64,000 bases of DNA from Antedon mediterranea (lineage: Eukaryota; Animalia; Echinodermata), in contig NC_092672.1 in the NCBI RefSeq assembly GCF_964355755.1, positions 24,069,237 to 24,133,236 on the forward strand, written 5' to 3'. The notes under the pieces are model-generated. The model was not told the DNA's origin and searched no databases. It was given only the letters and a program-made list of their open reading frames with translations. Below are positions 1 through 11,479 of the stretch, piece after piece. Each line of letters starts with the position of its first letter. Positions within the stretch are counted from its first letter, which is position 1. A program made the position numbers and the translations under genes.

Positions 1-115
1 TATAGAGCCCTGCTTATTATACTTAAGTAAAATTGTAGTAATGGGGCTATTTAAAATTTTGTCGTTTAAAATATTATTTATTATTCTTATAAAATGTATA
101 TACTTTATTTTAAAA

Positions 116-456
116 AGATGTATTGTCTCCCAAAATCATGAAAAATAAAGATTTTTAAAATCGGACTTTGAATAGGCCATTATGCAGTTTTAATGAAGTT
201 GTTCACTTCCATAAGAAAGAAGAAAGGGGAAAAATTATTTCACCTATAAAAAGACAAAATAAACAGTTAAATTACCCAAAAACTCATTGGCTTCCAGACA
301 ATTTGACCATTTTTTGCTTTAAATTACATTTTTTCAGGTAAAGAATTTTTTTTCAGACCTAATTTTTTGTGAAAGTGAATAACTATTATGTGACATTAAA
401 ATAACATATTCAACAAAAAGATTAAAAAAAACATTTTTTCAGGGGACAATATATCT
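116..456. mobile_element. Non-autonomous Kolobok-like MITE (~340 bp)
   Basis: Terminal inverted repeats AGATGTATTGTCTCCC (116) and GGGGACAATATATCT (ending 456). TTAA follows at 457-460; the left target site is degraded. A related right end GGGACAATACATCT-TTAA occurs near 29365-29382, and related internal sequence near 13420-13570. Confidence 0.6.
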
Positions 457-1642
457 TTAAGATAATAATAGTCATTGCAGAAATAATGATGCTGAAAGCT
501 GTCCGTTATTTGAAAAAAAAACATTTAAAGAACTGACTACAAAAGATTGCTCACGTTAGTTTTATATAACAGTCATCCACCCTGCGAAACCTAATAACCT
601 TTAACCTACAGTAGTAAGTAGGCCAGGTAGCATACGTTGGCTAGGTTACAGGACTGATTGCCCATAAAACATTCGATGTATAAATATCAACACCTCAGAC
701 AGTGTAATAATGACCTTTCCAGACCGAAAACCATTCTGCCCGAAATTACGATACTCTCTCGATACAACTCCATATTTTATTAGTGGAAATGCATTTTTAT
801 TTAACATCAATCTTATCAAGCCAGCCAAAGACTGAATACGTACATTAAAAGTACAAGGAACAATGTAAACCTATAAACAATTATTTGCAATTAGCAATTT
901 ATAATAAATAAAATCAATCATGGAGAAGGTGGAAAGATTATATACACTGCCATGGGAATGGATACTTGAGAGGCGCCATATGTCAGTTGTGTGAACACCC
1001 ATATAACTATTTGGTCAAAGTTGAATTATGTCTTTCGAGGGTGTAAATATATAATAATATGCAACCGAGAGTAAAATTAAATTTAACTTTTTAACGACAA
1101 TTTGCAATATCATAATCTATGGCGTACCAAACTGTCATTTATTTAGGCAACTAAAATATCTTAGTTTTTAATAGATGTAGTTAGTTTACATAGATCTTAG
1201 GTTCCAATAGAGATATATCCCTGTTTATAACCAAGATATCTTTTCAATAAAGATATCTCTATTATTCCAATTAGAGACAATATATGTCTTAAGAGATATT
1301 TCATAGTTTTGTTCCCTTGAGTTAGGCCTATTAGCAATTTAGTATTCCTATCAAATAAGGCCTATAGACGACGCAATTTCCATGAGAATAAATAGGCCTA
1401 TACTAACTATTATATTAAAATAAATGTATTAACTAAAATCATTTCATTACTACTCAACTTATCAGATGTTATCGTAAATAGTGTTGTCATTTTCTTAATC
1501 AATATTATCGGTATCGATATAAATCTTCAACCCTCTTTAATATTTATTACCAAAATTGGTAGGCATATAGGGCTACGTGTTATACATCAGTATAAACTGT
1601 ACTTATACTCGACGCAAAGTATTCAAGTTCCATATTAGACTG

Positions 1643-1993
1643 AAATGAATTTTGTCTACACAGAATGAATTTTGTCTACACAGAATGAATTTTGTCTACA
1701 CAGAATAATTTTTGTCTACACAGAATACATTTTGTAGCCACAAAATGAATTTTGTCCACACAGAATTAATTTTGTCTACACAGAATTAATTTTGTCCACA
1801 CAGAATTAATTTTGTCGAGACAAAATGAAGTTTGTCAAGACAAAATTAATTTTGTCCACACAGAATAAATTTTGTCAACACAAAATGAATTTTGTGTTGA
1901 ACAAAATGAATTTTGTATTGACAAAATTAATTATGTGTAGACAAAATTGTAATATTTCGACAAAATTAGCAATGTCCCATACGGCGCCCCGTA
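1643..1993. repeat. 20-bp minisatellite (CAGAATGAATTTTGTCTACA), ~16 degenerate copies, probably the interior and one end of a non-autonomous DNA transposon
   Basis: Tandem 20-mers with a semi-palindromic core (ACAAAATTAATTTTGT) that switch orientation toward 1965. The array is followed by the GC-rich end-like sequence GCAATGTCCCATACGGCGCCCCGTA. Confidence 0.75.
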
Positions 1994-2818
1994 CTACTAT
2001 GTCTTTACAACGCTACTCATGCCAGTGAGAGGGAAGGGTGATGATATGGGTGGTTTAACTGCAATAATAAAGATTTGTACATACTATACGGCGACTGAAA
2101 CCATTATCCGTCTAAAAAAATTTATATCCAACCTCTGCAGCACAGATTGAAAAAAAAATGGATCGAATTTCTGTTATGAGTATAGAGTACTTTCCTTTAC
2201 GACGCCTGAGGGAATAGACACTTGTGGAACGACACAGAGATTGGAATGTTCCATTCATTGCAAATCAATACATTTGTATAAACGTATATTAAATCTATCA
2301 AAATAGTATTTTTTTAAGAAAATCGGCCTGTCTTCAACATTATGATACTGTACTCGAGCTGTTCAACGGGTTTTCAGCTATTAAAAACAATTATCGTAGG
2401 AGGAGATAGGAAAATGCGAAGCCTCCTCGCATTTTTGTGGCGGGTATTTTTCAAGATGGACATCCATTAGACAGTGTATACCACGATCGGAAAACATCCC
2501 TATTTGGGGCTAATCGTTGAACCTAAATTCGTTTTAATCGTCAATAACTAATTATCTAACATAATTTAATTAGTAAACAGGGTTACATCAGGTGGTTAAA
2601 ATCAGTACCGAAAGTACGAACCAACTTTATATACCATCGAGTAAAAATTCTAAGAGTAAGGCGCGATTTACCGAACTTTGCCCTTACGTAAATTTATATA
2701 TAGAAGATGTTAGATACATTGCTTTAAGCACTATTATTTTACTGTACTTGTTTAAAGTTTGATCAAAGCAGATTAAATTTTATTGCATTTTTACACATTT
2801 TAACATTAATTATTTCAG

Positions 2819-3130
2819 AAATCAGTTGTCAAGCGATCATTTTTTGTACCACTACGACTTGCTTTTGAGACGTCACCATCCAGTGAAGTGAAGTCTGTGC
2901 ATGATGGGCACTATTCTATCAGCATCTATTACGACCTTTGTGGACATCTGCCTGACATGCTGTTTCCATATTTAGTGATTGATTTCATTAATGAATATCA
3001 GAAGGAGACAGAAAATAAACCACAACTATCCCATAATCATGCTGAGCTCTACATAGACCAATGTCATAATGTGATTCTGTCTCTTGTTCAATTGGTAACT
3101 AAAGAAGATGAACGAAAGTTCATGTTAAAG
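2819..3130 (+). CDS. Internal exon of gene 1: COR-like (C-terminal of Roc) region of a ROCO-family protein
   Basis: Acceptor TTTCAG| and donor AAG|GTGACA; 312 nt, phase 0/0, open. Translation KSVVKRSFFVPLRLAFETSPSSEVKSVHDGHYSISIYYDLCGHLPDMLFPYLVIDFINEY...FMLK. The FFVP..L and YYDxxGxLPDxLFxxLV motifs resemble invertebrate ROCO COR domains (recognised by eye). Confidence 0.8.
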
Positions 3131-3281
3131 GTGACATTAAATCTTAAATTTAAACTATCAATAGTGTAATGTTATATTTTGGTGCTATTAAATATGTTAT
3201 ATACAAGTGTGCGACAATAATGCATGCAATAGCTTTCAAATCCTAAAATTAATATGCTACAACAGATCAAGTGCATATAAA

Positions 3282-3320
3282 AACTAGAATGGCACTCTGA
3301 GAGTTCATACCTCCGCCTAC
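3282..3320 (+). mobile_element. Terminus of a degraded Helentron/DINE-like non-autonomous element
   Basis: AACTAGAATGGCACTCTGAGAGTTCATACCTCCGCC resembles the AACTAG-type ends of this element class. The other end was not found. Confidence 0.35.
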
Positions 3321-3655
3321 TGTAAAATTCTTAATGCTGCGTGTGATTGGGCTAATTTCACTACAACAATTTTTATGCAAGTTTGGTGTAAATATTATTT
3401 AACCAGCCTTTCAACTGACAATAGTTTCAGTTGACTATCAATAGAACAGCAACGACAAAAACAAGAAATTGAAATTCCAGTTTATTTGTTACTTTGAGAC
3501 TGCTCGCCATCTTTTGAAAATTCTCTCTAATCTTTTAACACTAGCAGATCTGAAATAATAGTAAAATGTCCAGAATTTGCATCCTGAGATCCATAAGATT
3601 TATTACAAACATAATAGACAAATAAACTTATGTACTTTAAAATGTTTGTCTTTAG

Positions 3656-3733
3656 GCAACAATTAAAGGCAGAATGGCAATTGCAGAAACAGCTACCACA
3701 GAATGTGAACCTTCTCCTGAAGCATGTAAACAG
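3656..3733 (+). CDS. Internal exon of gene 1 (ATIKGRMAIAETATTECEPSPEACKQ)
   Basis: Acceptor TTTGTCTTTAG| and donor CAG|GTATGT; 78 nt, phase 0/0, compatible with both neighbouring exons. Confidence 0.8.
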
Positions 3734-3773
3734 GTATGTTATGATTTCTTTTAAAACATGCACCATTGATGAA

Positions 3774-4022
3774 TTATTCGTCGATAAGTCCAGAAAATAT
3801 GAATACACCGCACAATGAATATGTAGTACCGGGACGATTCGGCCAGGAGACGATTCGTGTACATACATCATTTCTGACAGGGGACATAATCATAATTGGC
3901 ATATATTTCGCATCTTACAAGACTTATTTTCAGTACATGTTCAAATCTCACACACATAGTTTCCAGAGGCGTTGGCCATGTTTCAGAAATTCCCAGTAGA
4001 GTGAAGCGAACAAACTCTCTAG
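3774..4022 (+). mobile_element. Short non-autonomous Helitron/Helentron-like element in an intron
   Basis: Starts TTATTCGTCGATAAGTCCAGAAAA and ends TTCCAGAGGCGTTGGCCATGTTT...hairpin...CTAG-TT. The same head and tail recur at 27671 and 29112-29186. Confidence 0.55.
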
Positions 4023-4055
4023 TTAAAAGGAATTATCAACTTTATTTTCTTACAG

Positions 4056-4257
4056 GTTATGTCAACGCTTGAGATGTCTTTCAAACATTCTAAAGATGGT
4101 GGTAGAAGGGGCATTAAATTCCATCGATGCATTCCCTGTGATTGTAGTAAGACATCTGAGAAGAAACACATGCAAGTTCTTGGAGATTTCCAGGAAGAGA
4201 TGTTGCCATGCAAAGGAGATCGGATGAATGTTAAACGCTACAAGAGGCTATTTGGCA
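4056..4257 (+). CDS. Internal exon of gene 1 (end of COR-like region, Cys/His-rich: VMSTLEMSF...FHRCIPCDCSKTSEKKH...LPCKGDRMNVKRYKRLFG)
   Basis: Acceptor TTTTCTTACAG| and donor A|GTAAGT; 202 nt, phase 0 in, phase 1 out, matching both downstream death-domain exons. Confidence 0.85.
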
Positions 4258-5461
4258 GTAAGTTCAGCAATACTAGAGTACAAATTATACAAATCACTGG
4301 TGCATTGTATTTCAGATTAAATTTCATGGGAAGGGGCTTTATTTTAGATTTTGGATCATTTGCCATAAGTAGCATTTAGTGTATACTTTTACGGCTTCCT
4401 TATCTATTATTTTAATAGAAGTGTAGATACATACAGGTAATGATTCAACAAATTACATGTAATAGAATTTAAACAATAACTATGAAGCGGTTAAAATATG
4501 TGCAACAAGATCATCATCATTATCACCCTACATAAATGAATAGAATAAACTTTAAAACGTCATTAAAGACAAGCAATTACCCATAATGTTTAATGTCTGG
4601 TAAACACGCATCGTGACACTAGCAGTGGTACTGTGGCTTGGTGTATTACTGTACATTAGTCCTTGGTTCAAATCATAATACTAAGATGTTTCTCATGACC
4701 CAACAACAACACCGCAATTTACATAGACGAGTGATAATGGTAAGCGGTAAACTGCATGCTTGTCCCACGTAAGATCTATATCTATCCTGAGTGGGTTTCC
4801 ACTAAACCGCCATCCACGTTTAAAAAACATAGATTCTGTATTTTTGTTTTTCATTACCCCTTACAGTTCACGCTCATCTGTGTAAATTGGCCTTAAGCCT
4901 AATATTAATCCCGATTTATAAAATATGGATTTGTATTTCATCTGTAATTGGTGAGTTAGGTTCTTGCTTTTGGATCTGCTGCGTTAAAATTATATATACA
5001 TACCATAATGGTATGTTACTAAACTTTACAGGTTTAAACTACTGTAGTATTGTATGACAAGCAATTGGTCATATGATGTAAACACAAATACCCTTTTTAA
5101 TTCAACAGTGAGTTTAAACTGCCTAGTTAAATACATGCATTCTTTTTTATTTGTATCAGTATTGTTATCATCATTATAAATGCACTTTTCATATTAGTGT
5201 ATCAATAAATAGGCCAGAAAATAAAGTTTTCATTCAAGTAAGCATTCGTAGCTGATGGGGCCATTTATTCAAAAGCCACTGCTGTCATCACACATAATGT
5301 TTACACAGAATACCACAATGATCACCTTTTCAAAGCAACATATTTTATTTCGTCATTAGTAGTCGCATTACATGTATGCACAGTATTTGTTGTGGTATGT
5401 TTCTAAATGTTAATAATAATTATAATTCTGAATCAAAGAAAAGTATATTCTTATTTTGTAG

Positions 5462-5724
5462 ATGAAAGAACAAGAGAATTGATGAAGCTAGCAAAAAAGC
5501 TAGGCAATGAATGGGAACAACTGGCTGTGTTTCTTGGGTTCACTAAGGCAGAGCTTGATGGCTTTAAATATGGCAATCGTAACATGCTAGGAGCAATATT
5601 CAGCATGCTAGACACTTGCTGCAAGAAGGCAGGTACTAGCAAGTCATGGAATATACAACTCACTAAAGCACTCAGAGAAATTGATAGACACGATTTAGCA
5701 GATGAAGTCAAAAGTAAGCTATAA
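5462..5724 (+). CDS. Death-domain exon 1 of gene 1 (terminal with TAA, or internal if the donor at 5714 is used)
   Basis: Acceptor TTATTTTGTAG|, phase 1. Translation (N)ERTRELMKLAKKLGNEWEQLAVFLGFTKAELDGFK...AIFSMLDTCCKK...LTKALREIDRHDLADEVKSKL*, a classic death-domain pattern. AATAAA cluster at ~6014-6028. Confidence 0.9.
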
Positions 5725-6364
5725 ACAGTGTTCTAAAAACTGATAATCATTTTAGCCCTATCATCAGCATCCTTTTCAATTTTTTATAAATACATTTTTG
5801 TTAAATATGTTTTACGTTTCATTATAGAGTTGATGTCTATAACATAGTATATTTTCACAACTTCCCATACAATACATTTCTTTTTTTTTGTAACACCATT
5901 GTTGGTATTTTAATATTTTTTACGTTTCATTATAAGTCTATAACTTAGTTTTCTTCCCCGCCATTCCATTTTGTATTATATTAAAGTTTCTTAGCAGCTT
6001 TTGGTCTGATTTTAATAAATAAATAAAACATTGTTCCAACAACAGCAACTAAAACATTGATTGTTTTATACTTTTATACTTTTGTACTCATTTTCATGTG
6101 CTTACAATTTAGATAAAGAATCACAATTATTTTCCATCTATTTGGTTTGATAATGAACAACTATTTTGATTTTCAATGAATATATACAATTGCCCAGCAG
6201 GTAATTCAGTGATATTTTGTTTAAGTAATACTGTAGTAAGACAATGTATTCTCCACATTCAACTTGTTATGAAAAAATGTTATTCCTATTACATTAAATT
6301 TAATATCAGTGTGTGAAATCTCAAATGTGAAAGAAATAAGAGAAAAATCGTTTTGTTTTCTTAG

Positions 6365-6621
6365 ATGAAGCATCTAAAGAATTAATGGAATTAGCCAAAA
6401 AACTTGGCAGTGAGTGGGAACAAGTTGCAATATTCCTAGAGTTTGCAAAGGCTGACCTTGATCGCTTTAAGCAAGACAATCATGGTTACTTGCTAGGAGC
6501 AATCTTCAGTATGCTGGATGCATGGTACAGGAAGTCGTCAGGTACTATGTCACAACTCATTGAAGCCCTTAAACAAGCTAACAGAAATGACTTAGCAGAT
6601 GAAGTTAAATGCAGGCTATGA
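6365..6621 (+). CDS. Death-domain exon 2 of gene 1 (terminal exon, paralog of 5462-5724)
   Basis: Acceptor TTTTGTTTTCTTAG|, phase 1. Translation (N)EASKELMELAKKLGSEWEQVAIFLEFAKADLDRFKQDNHGYLLGAIFSMLDAWYRKSSGTMSQLIEALKQANRNDLADEVKCRL*. Confidence 0.9.
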
Positions 6622-6724
6622 AAACAATGATTGTTTGAATGTCACTGCCTACAACCAGCAGTATCAGCAGCATCACTGTCATTGAAATAATGTTGACTTG
6701 TGCATTTATCTATTGTGTATATTA

Positions 6725-7580
6725 AAATTAAATGTCATTCACCAAGGCATTGATTGGTCTTCTTGGTTGTATTCTAACTTTCCAACTCATTTGTATTGTT
6801 TACAATAACTCAACAGTCTCACAATAGATTGTAAATCAATTAAATGTAATTTACCAAGGCATTGATTGGTCTTCCTGGTTGTATTCTAACCTTCCAATTC
6901 ATTTGTATTGTTTGTAATAACTCAACAGTCTCACAATAGATTGTAAATCAATTAAATGTAATTTACCAAGGCATTGATTGGTCTTCTTGGTTGTATTCTA
7001 ACCTTCCAACTCATTTGTATTGTTTACAATAACTCAACAGTCTCACAACAGATTTTAAATCAATTAAATGTAATTTACCAAGGCATTGATTGGTCTTCTT
7101 GGTTGTATTCTAACCTTCCAACTCATTTGTATTGTTTACAATAACTCAACAGTCTCACAATAGATTGTAAATCAATTAAATGTAATTTACCAAGGCATTG
7201 ATTGGTCTTCTTGGTTGTATTCTAACCTTCCAATTCATTTGTATTGTTTACAATAACTCAACAGTCTCACAATAGATTGTAAATCAATTAAATGTAATTT
7301 ACCAAGGCATTGATTGGTCTTCTTGGTTGTATTCTAACCTTCCAACTCATTTGTATTGTTTACAATAACTCAATAGTCTCACAATTAGATTGTAAATCAA
7401 TTAAATGTAATTTACCAAGGCATTGATTGGTCTTCTTGGTTGTATTCTAACCTTCCAATTCATTTGTATTGTTTACAATAACTCAACAGTCTCACAATTA
7501 TTAGATTGTAAATCAATTAAATGTAATTTACCAAGGCATTGATTGGTCTTCTTGGTTGTATTCTAACTTTCCAACTCATT
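6725..7580. repeat. 112-bp tandem repeat, ~7.5 near-identical copies
   Basis: ACCAAGGCATTGATTGG recurs at 6741, 6853, 6965, 7077, 7189, 7301, 7414 and 7530. Confidence 0.97.
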
Positions 7581-8299
7581 ATATACTAGTATAATGAAAA
7601 CAAATACACAGTTGTGTGCAAAATTTAAACATTAAATATGACCACCTGCAATACCATAAGTTACAATTTACAACGTTCATATGAATTCGTTAAAATATTG
7701 GTATGTTGCAACTTGAATTGGATAAATCATATTAACAATTATGGCGGCAGTACACAACCACATTGATGGATTGGAAGTTGAAGGATTTTTAGATTTACAG
7801 TTGCAACCAATCAAACTGTACAACAGTATGTTTGTAAATATCATTCGTTTTGTATATCCTTGTTGTCCTTTATTATTAGTATAATACAGAATATGTGCAT
7901 TTCCAGTTTCAAACTTATTAACATTCACTTGGAAACAGAATAATGTATACATTATAAAGTGTCGATCATTTAATCATAATTAAGAATAAATGTTAGTTAC
8001 AATAAGAATATTCTGCAATTTTAACGCCACTTTGTAAACTTTTTTTTATAATTTAATTTGTTTACTGCCATATAATTAAATTTAGTTTTTAGATGTTTTA
8101 CTTTTTTTCTCTGAATAAAGAAACCTTTATAATGTTAGTCTTTAAATGTGTATGGTGTTAACCAAATTAACCAAATGTATTTCTATGTATAAATTTTTCA
8201 AATTATTTTGTTAAAGCTAACTACTTTTCTTAACTATGATACCAGTTATTCCGATATTTACTGTTCAATTCAATTTCGTAACCGATATATGGCTAGAAA

Positions 8300-9093
8300 T
8301 ACCATTCAAAGGCATAGTCCAATCTAATGGATGGTATTGCTGCTTCTATACAACATTCTTATCTGTTAATACATTCAAATACAGTACTATTCAAAGGCAT
8401 AGTACAATCTAATGCATGGTATTGATGCTTCTATACAACATTCTTATCTGTTAATACATTCAAATACAGTACCATTCAAAGGCATAGTCCAATCTAATGC
8501 ATGGTATTGATGCTACTATACAACATTCTTATATGTTAATACATTCAAATACAGTACTATTCAAAGGCATAGTACAATCTAATGAATGGTATTGATGCTT
8601 CTATACAACATTCTTATCTGTTAATACATTCAAATACAGTACTATTCAAAGGCATAGTCCAATCTAATGAATGGTATTGATGCATCTATACAACATTCTT
8701 ATCTGTTAATACATTCAAATACAGTACTATTCAAAGGCATAGTCCAATCTAATGGATGGTATTGATGCTTCTATACAACATTCTTATCTGTTAATACATT
8801 CAAATACAGTACTATTCAAAGGCATGGTCCAATCAGGGAGTTGTTATTAACAACTCCCTGGTCCAATCTAATACATGGTATTGATGCTTCTATACAACAT
8901 TCTTATCTGTTAATACATTCAAATACAGTACTTTTCAAAGGCATAGTCCAATCTAATGCATGGTATTGATGCTTCTATACAATATTCTTATCTGTTAATA
9001 CATTCAAATACAGTACTATTCAAAGGCATAGTCCAATCTAATGGATGGTATTGATGCTTCTATACAACATTCTCATCTGTTAATACTTTCAAA
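8300..9093. repeat. 85-bp tandem repeat, ~9 copies, one interrupted by a palindromic insertion
   Basis: TTCAAAGGCATAGTCCAATCTAAT recurs every 85 bp from 8305. Confidence 0.97.
8834..8860. mobile_element. 27-bp palindromic insertion with target-site duplication (P-element-like footprint)
   Basis: CAGGGAGTTGTTA-T-TAACAACTCCCTG is flanked by GTCCAAT on both sides. Sister satellite units give the empty site. Confidence 0.75.
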
Positions 9094-9319
9094 ATTATAA
9101 AAGATCAATTATTATCAACCTATTGGTAAGATCAATATATATATATGTCATGTTATAAGCCTGTTATATAATCTGTCAACATTTTTTGTTTTAGTATTTT
9201 ATGTTTTTAATATAATCATGTTTGTAATTGTTATCGTCTTTTCTTATTTCTTTTTAAGGTGAACACACTGTGTACGAGTTTGCTATTTTTAGGTCATTCT
9301 TTCCATTTAAATTGTCAGA

Positions 9320-9523
9320 AATCAATTGTGATACATCTAGTGAATCACACAAATCGATGAGAACATGTTATAGATTGGTTACCCTCTCATTATGCCCAGT
9401 CTCTCAGCTGAAATATGTCAGGAGTCAATTGTGATACATCTAGTGAACCGCACAAATCGATGAGAACATTTAAGAGATCGGTTACCCTCTCATTATACCC
9501 AGTCTCTCAGCTGAAATGTGTCC
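9320..9523. repeat. ~103-bp direct duplication (2 copies)
   Basis: TCAATTGTGATACATCTAGTGAA...CCCAGTCTCTCAGCTGAAAT occurs twice in tandem. Confidence 0.9.
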
Positions 9524-9654
9524 TATGCGTTTACATCCCTGATATGATGTTATATAGGCCTATATTCTAAAAAGAGAGATGGGAACAAATAAACTAACTC
9601 TGAAACAAAAATTATTAAAGTAAAACCTGCAACGCATGCAACATTCAACGTATT

Positions 9655-10053
9655 ATGAAAGCTGATCTTACGCCTTGTTCATTTATCTATGAAAAGAGTA
9701 TTCTAAAAAAAGTAAACAATATTATGAAAGACCCCACTCATCCGTTACATTACTGTTATAACTTAAATAGATCAGGCATTAGGCTACGACTTCCAAGAGC
9801 AAATCTTTGTAGAACTAGAAAATCCTTCGTTGTAAATAGCATTCATATTTTTAATTCTAATGTAAGACGTTAATGCAATTTTTAATAGTTTTACATTTTT
9901 AACAGTATTTTTAACTTTTTATCTTGTATTTTTAATCTGTTATAATACTGCACGTTTTTAAATTGTTGCAATATTGTTGTTTTAATCTACCAAGCAAAGT
10001 GAATTTCCATTTTTATGGACAAATAAAATTTCTTGAATCTTGAATCTTGAATC
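9655..10053 (+). mobile_element. 5'-truncated non-LTR retrotransposon (Rex1/Babar-type) 3' end
   Basis: C-terminal ORF2 motif IMKDPTHPLH...SGIRLRLPRANLCRTRKSFVVNSIHIFN*, a T-rich 3'UTR, AATAAA and a (CTTGAAT)3 tail. Confidence 0.85.
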
Positions 10054-10104
10054 AAACTAGATTGAAAATGAAAGCCATTTATTCTATGATTGTACACAGC
10101 TAAT

Positions 10105-10453
10105 TATTATGTTATGATACCATATTATATAGGAATCAGTTGTTAATATGTTATGATACCATATTATATAGGAATCAGTTGTTAATATGTTATGATACCA
10201 TATTATATAGGAATCAGTTGTTAATATGTTATGATACCATATTATATAGGAATCAGTTGTTAATATGTTATGATACCATATTATATAGGAATCAGTTGTT
10301 AATATGTTATGATACCATATTATATAGGAATCAGTTGTTAATATGTTATGATACCATATTATATAGGAATCAGTTGTTAATATGTTATGATACCATATTA
10401 TATAGGAATCAGTTGTTAATATGTTATGATACCATTATTATATAGGAATCAGT
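10105..10453. repeat. 39-bp minisatellite, ~9 copies
   Basis: Unit TGTTAATATGTTATGATACCATATTATATAGGAATCAGT; it explains the repetitive ORF 10140-10445. Confidence 0.97.
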
Positions 10454-11130
10454 TTATAAAATGTAGTGTTAACTATCTGTCGGTTATTTTGTACTCCAAA
10501 GCAGACGTATTTTGTGATGTAGTTAAATATCTATGGACGTTTTATTACGAAGGGAAAATTATAAAACACATTTTAAATATTTTTATATCACTATTTTGAA
10601 TATAAAGTATCTAATTTACAGTACTAAATTGTTTATATTTGTATGATAAAATAATTATAAATGAATAAAAGCGGGATGATATTTCCATGAAATATTTTTA
10701 ATTACCGTGATAATAATTTGTATATTTTGAACTTAATTCATTTTAAATCTGTGTCGTTGTAAGAAGAGAATACCTCAATTATTGCATCCGCGTCTCTTTG
10801 GTTGCCGTTTAAATATCACGTCATCGTTCATCATCATTGCCGTTCGTGTTCATTATCATTGTCACTATCGACATTATTATCAAATCATTATTCGTCACCA
10901 TCATTCGAAACTGTATATTAAAATGTAACGGATTCTTTCGGAATTCTGTGTGTCACCTCATTAGTGCAGCAATATGTACTAATTCGTGTCTTTAAATTTT
11001 CTCTAGACTTAAAAAGTACGTAATTAAATGCACCGTGCAGGAATCAGTAACTTCCAGAAAGAGATCCAAATACTTTGAGGAACTGTAAGCACGCCGAAAA
11101 ATAACAACTCATCATGGTGAAGTGAACATG

Positions 11131-11238
11131 AACAAGGCCAACAGCCATAAGTCGCGTGCTAAAACGCATAGTGATACCGGACCGACAGACCGACCGACCG
11201 ACATAGTGAACTATAGAGTCGCGTCCACGCGACTAAAA
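11131..11238 (+). mobile_element. Minimal Helentron/DINE-like non-autonomous element
   Basis: AACAAG start with an AGTCGCGTG subterminal repeat, a (GACC)n microsatellite, and the terminal hairpin AGTCGCGT-CC-ACGCGACT followed by AAAAA. Confidence 0.65.
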
Positions 11239-11479
11239 ATAGTAGGCAAACATCATGAAAACTGGTGTTTAATACAAAATTGCTCAGTTGACCATAAATA
11301 CAATAATATGATAATACGTCATAATCATCGTAACCAACAACATTAAATAGTTAGATTATTCCTCATGAATGTTATAAATAATAAACTGAATGAAGCTACT
11401 CTAAATAAATATAAAGTTTAGATAGGAGTTAACCGCTTAATGATGAGACCAGTGAGTTTGCAGAATTTGATATTTACCA

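Noticed and set aside
3630-3818. ORF-track protein MYFKMFVFRQQLKAEW...
   Set aside because: The splice-consistent exon 3656-3733 is read in a different frame.
10105-10453. CRISPR-like periodicity or repetitive protein ORF (LLICYDTILYRNQ)n
   Set aside because: Units are identical head-to-tail with no unique spacers, no cas genes and a eukaryotic context. The ORF is a by-product of the 39-bp period.
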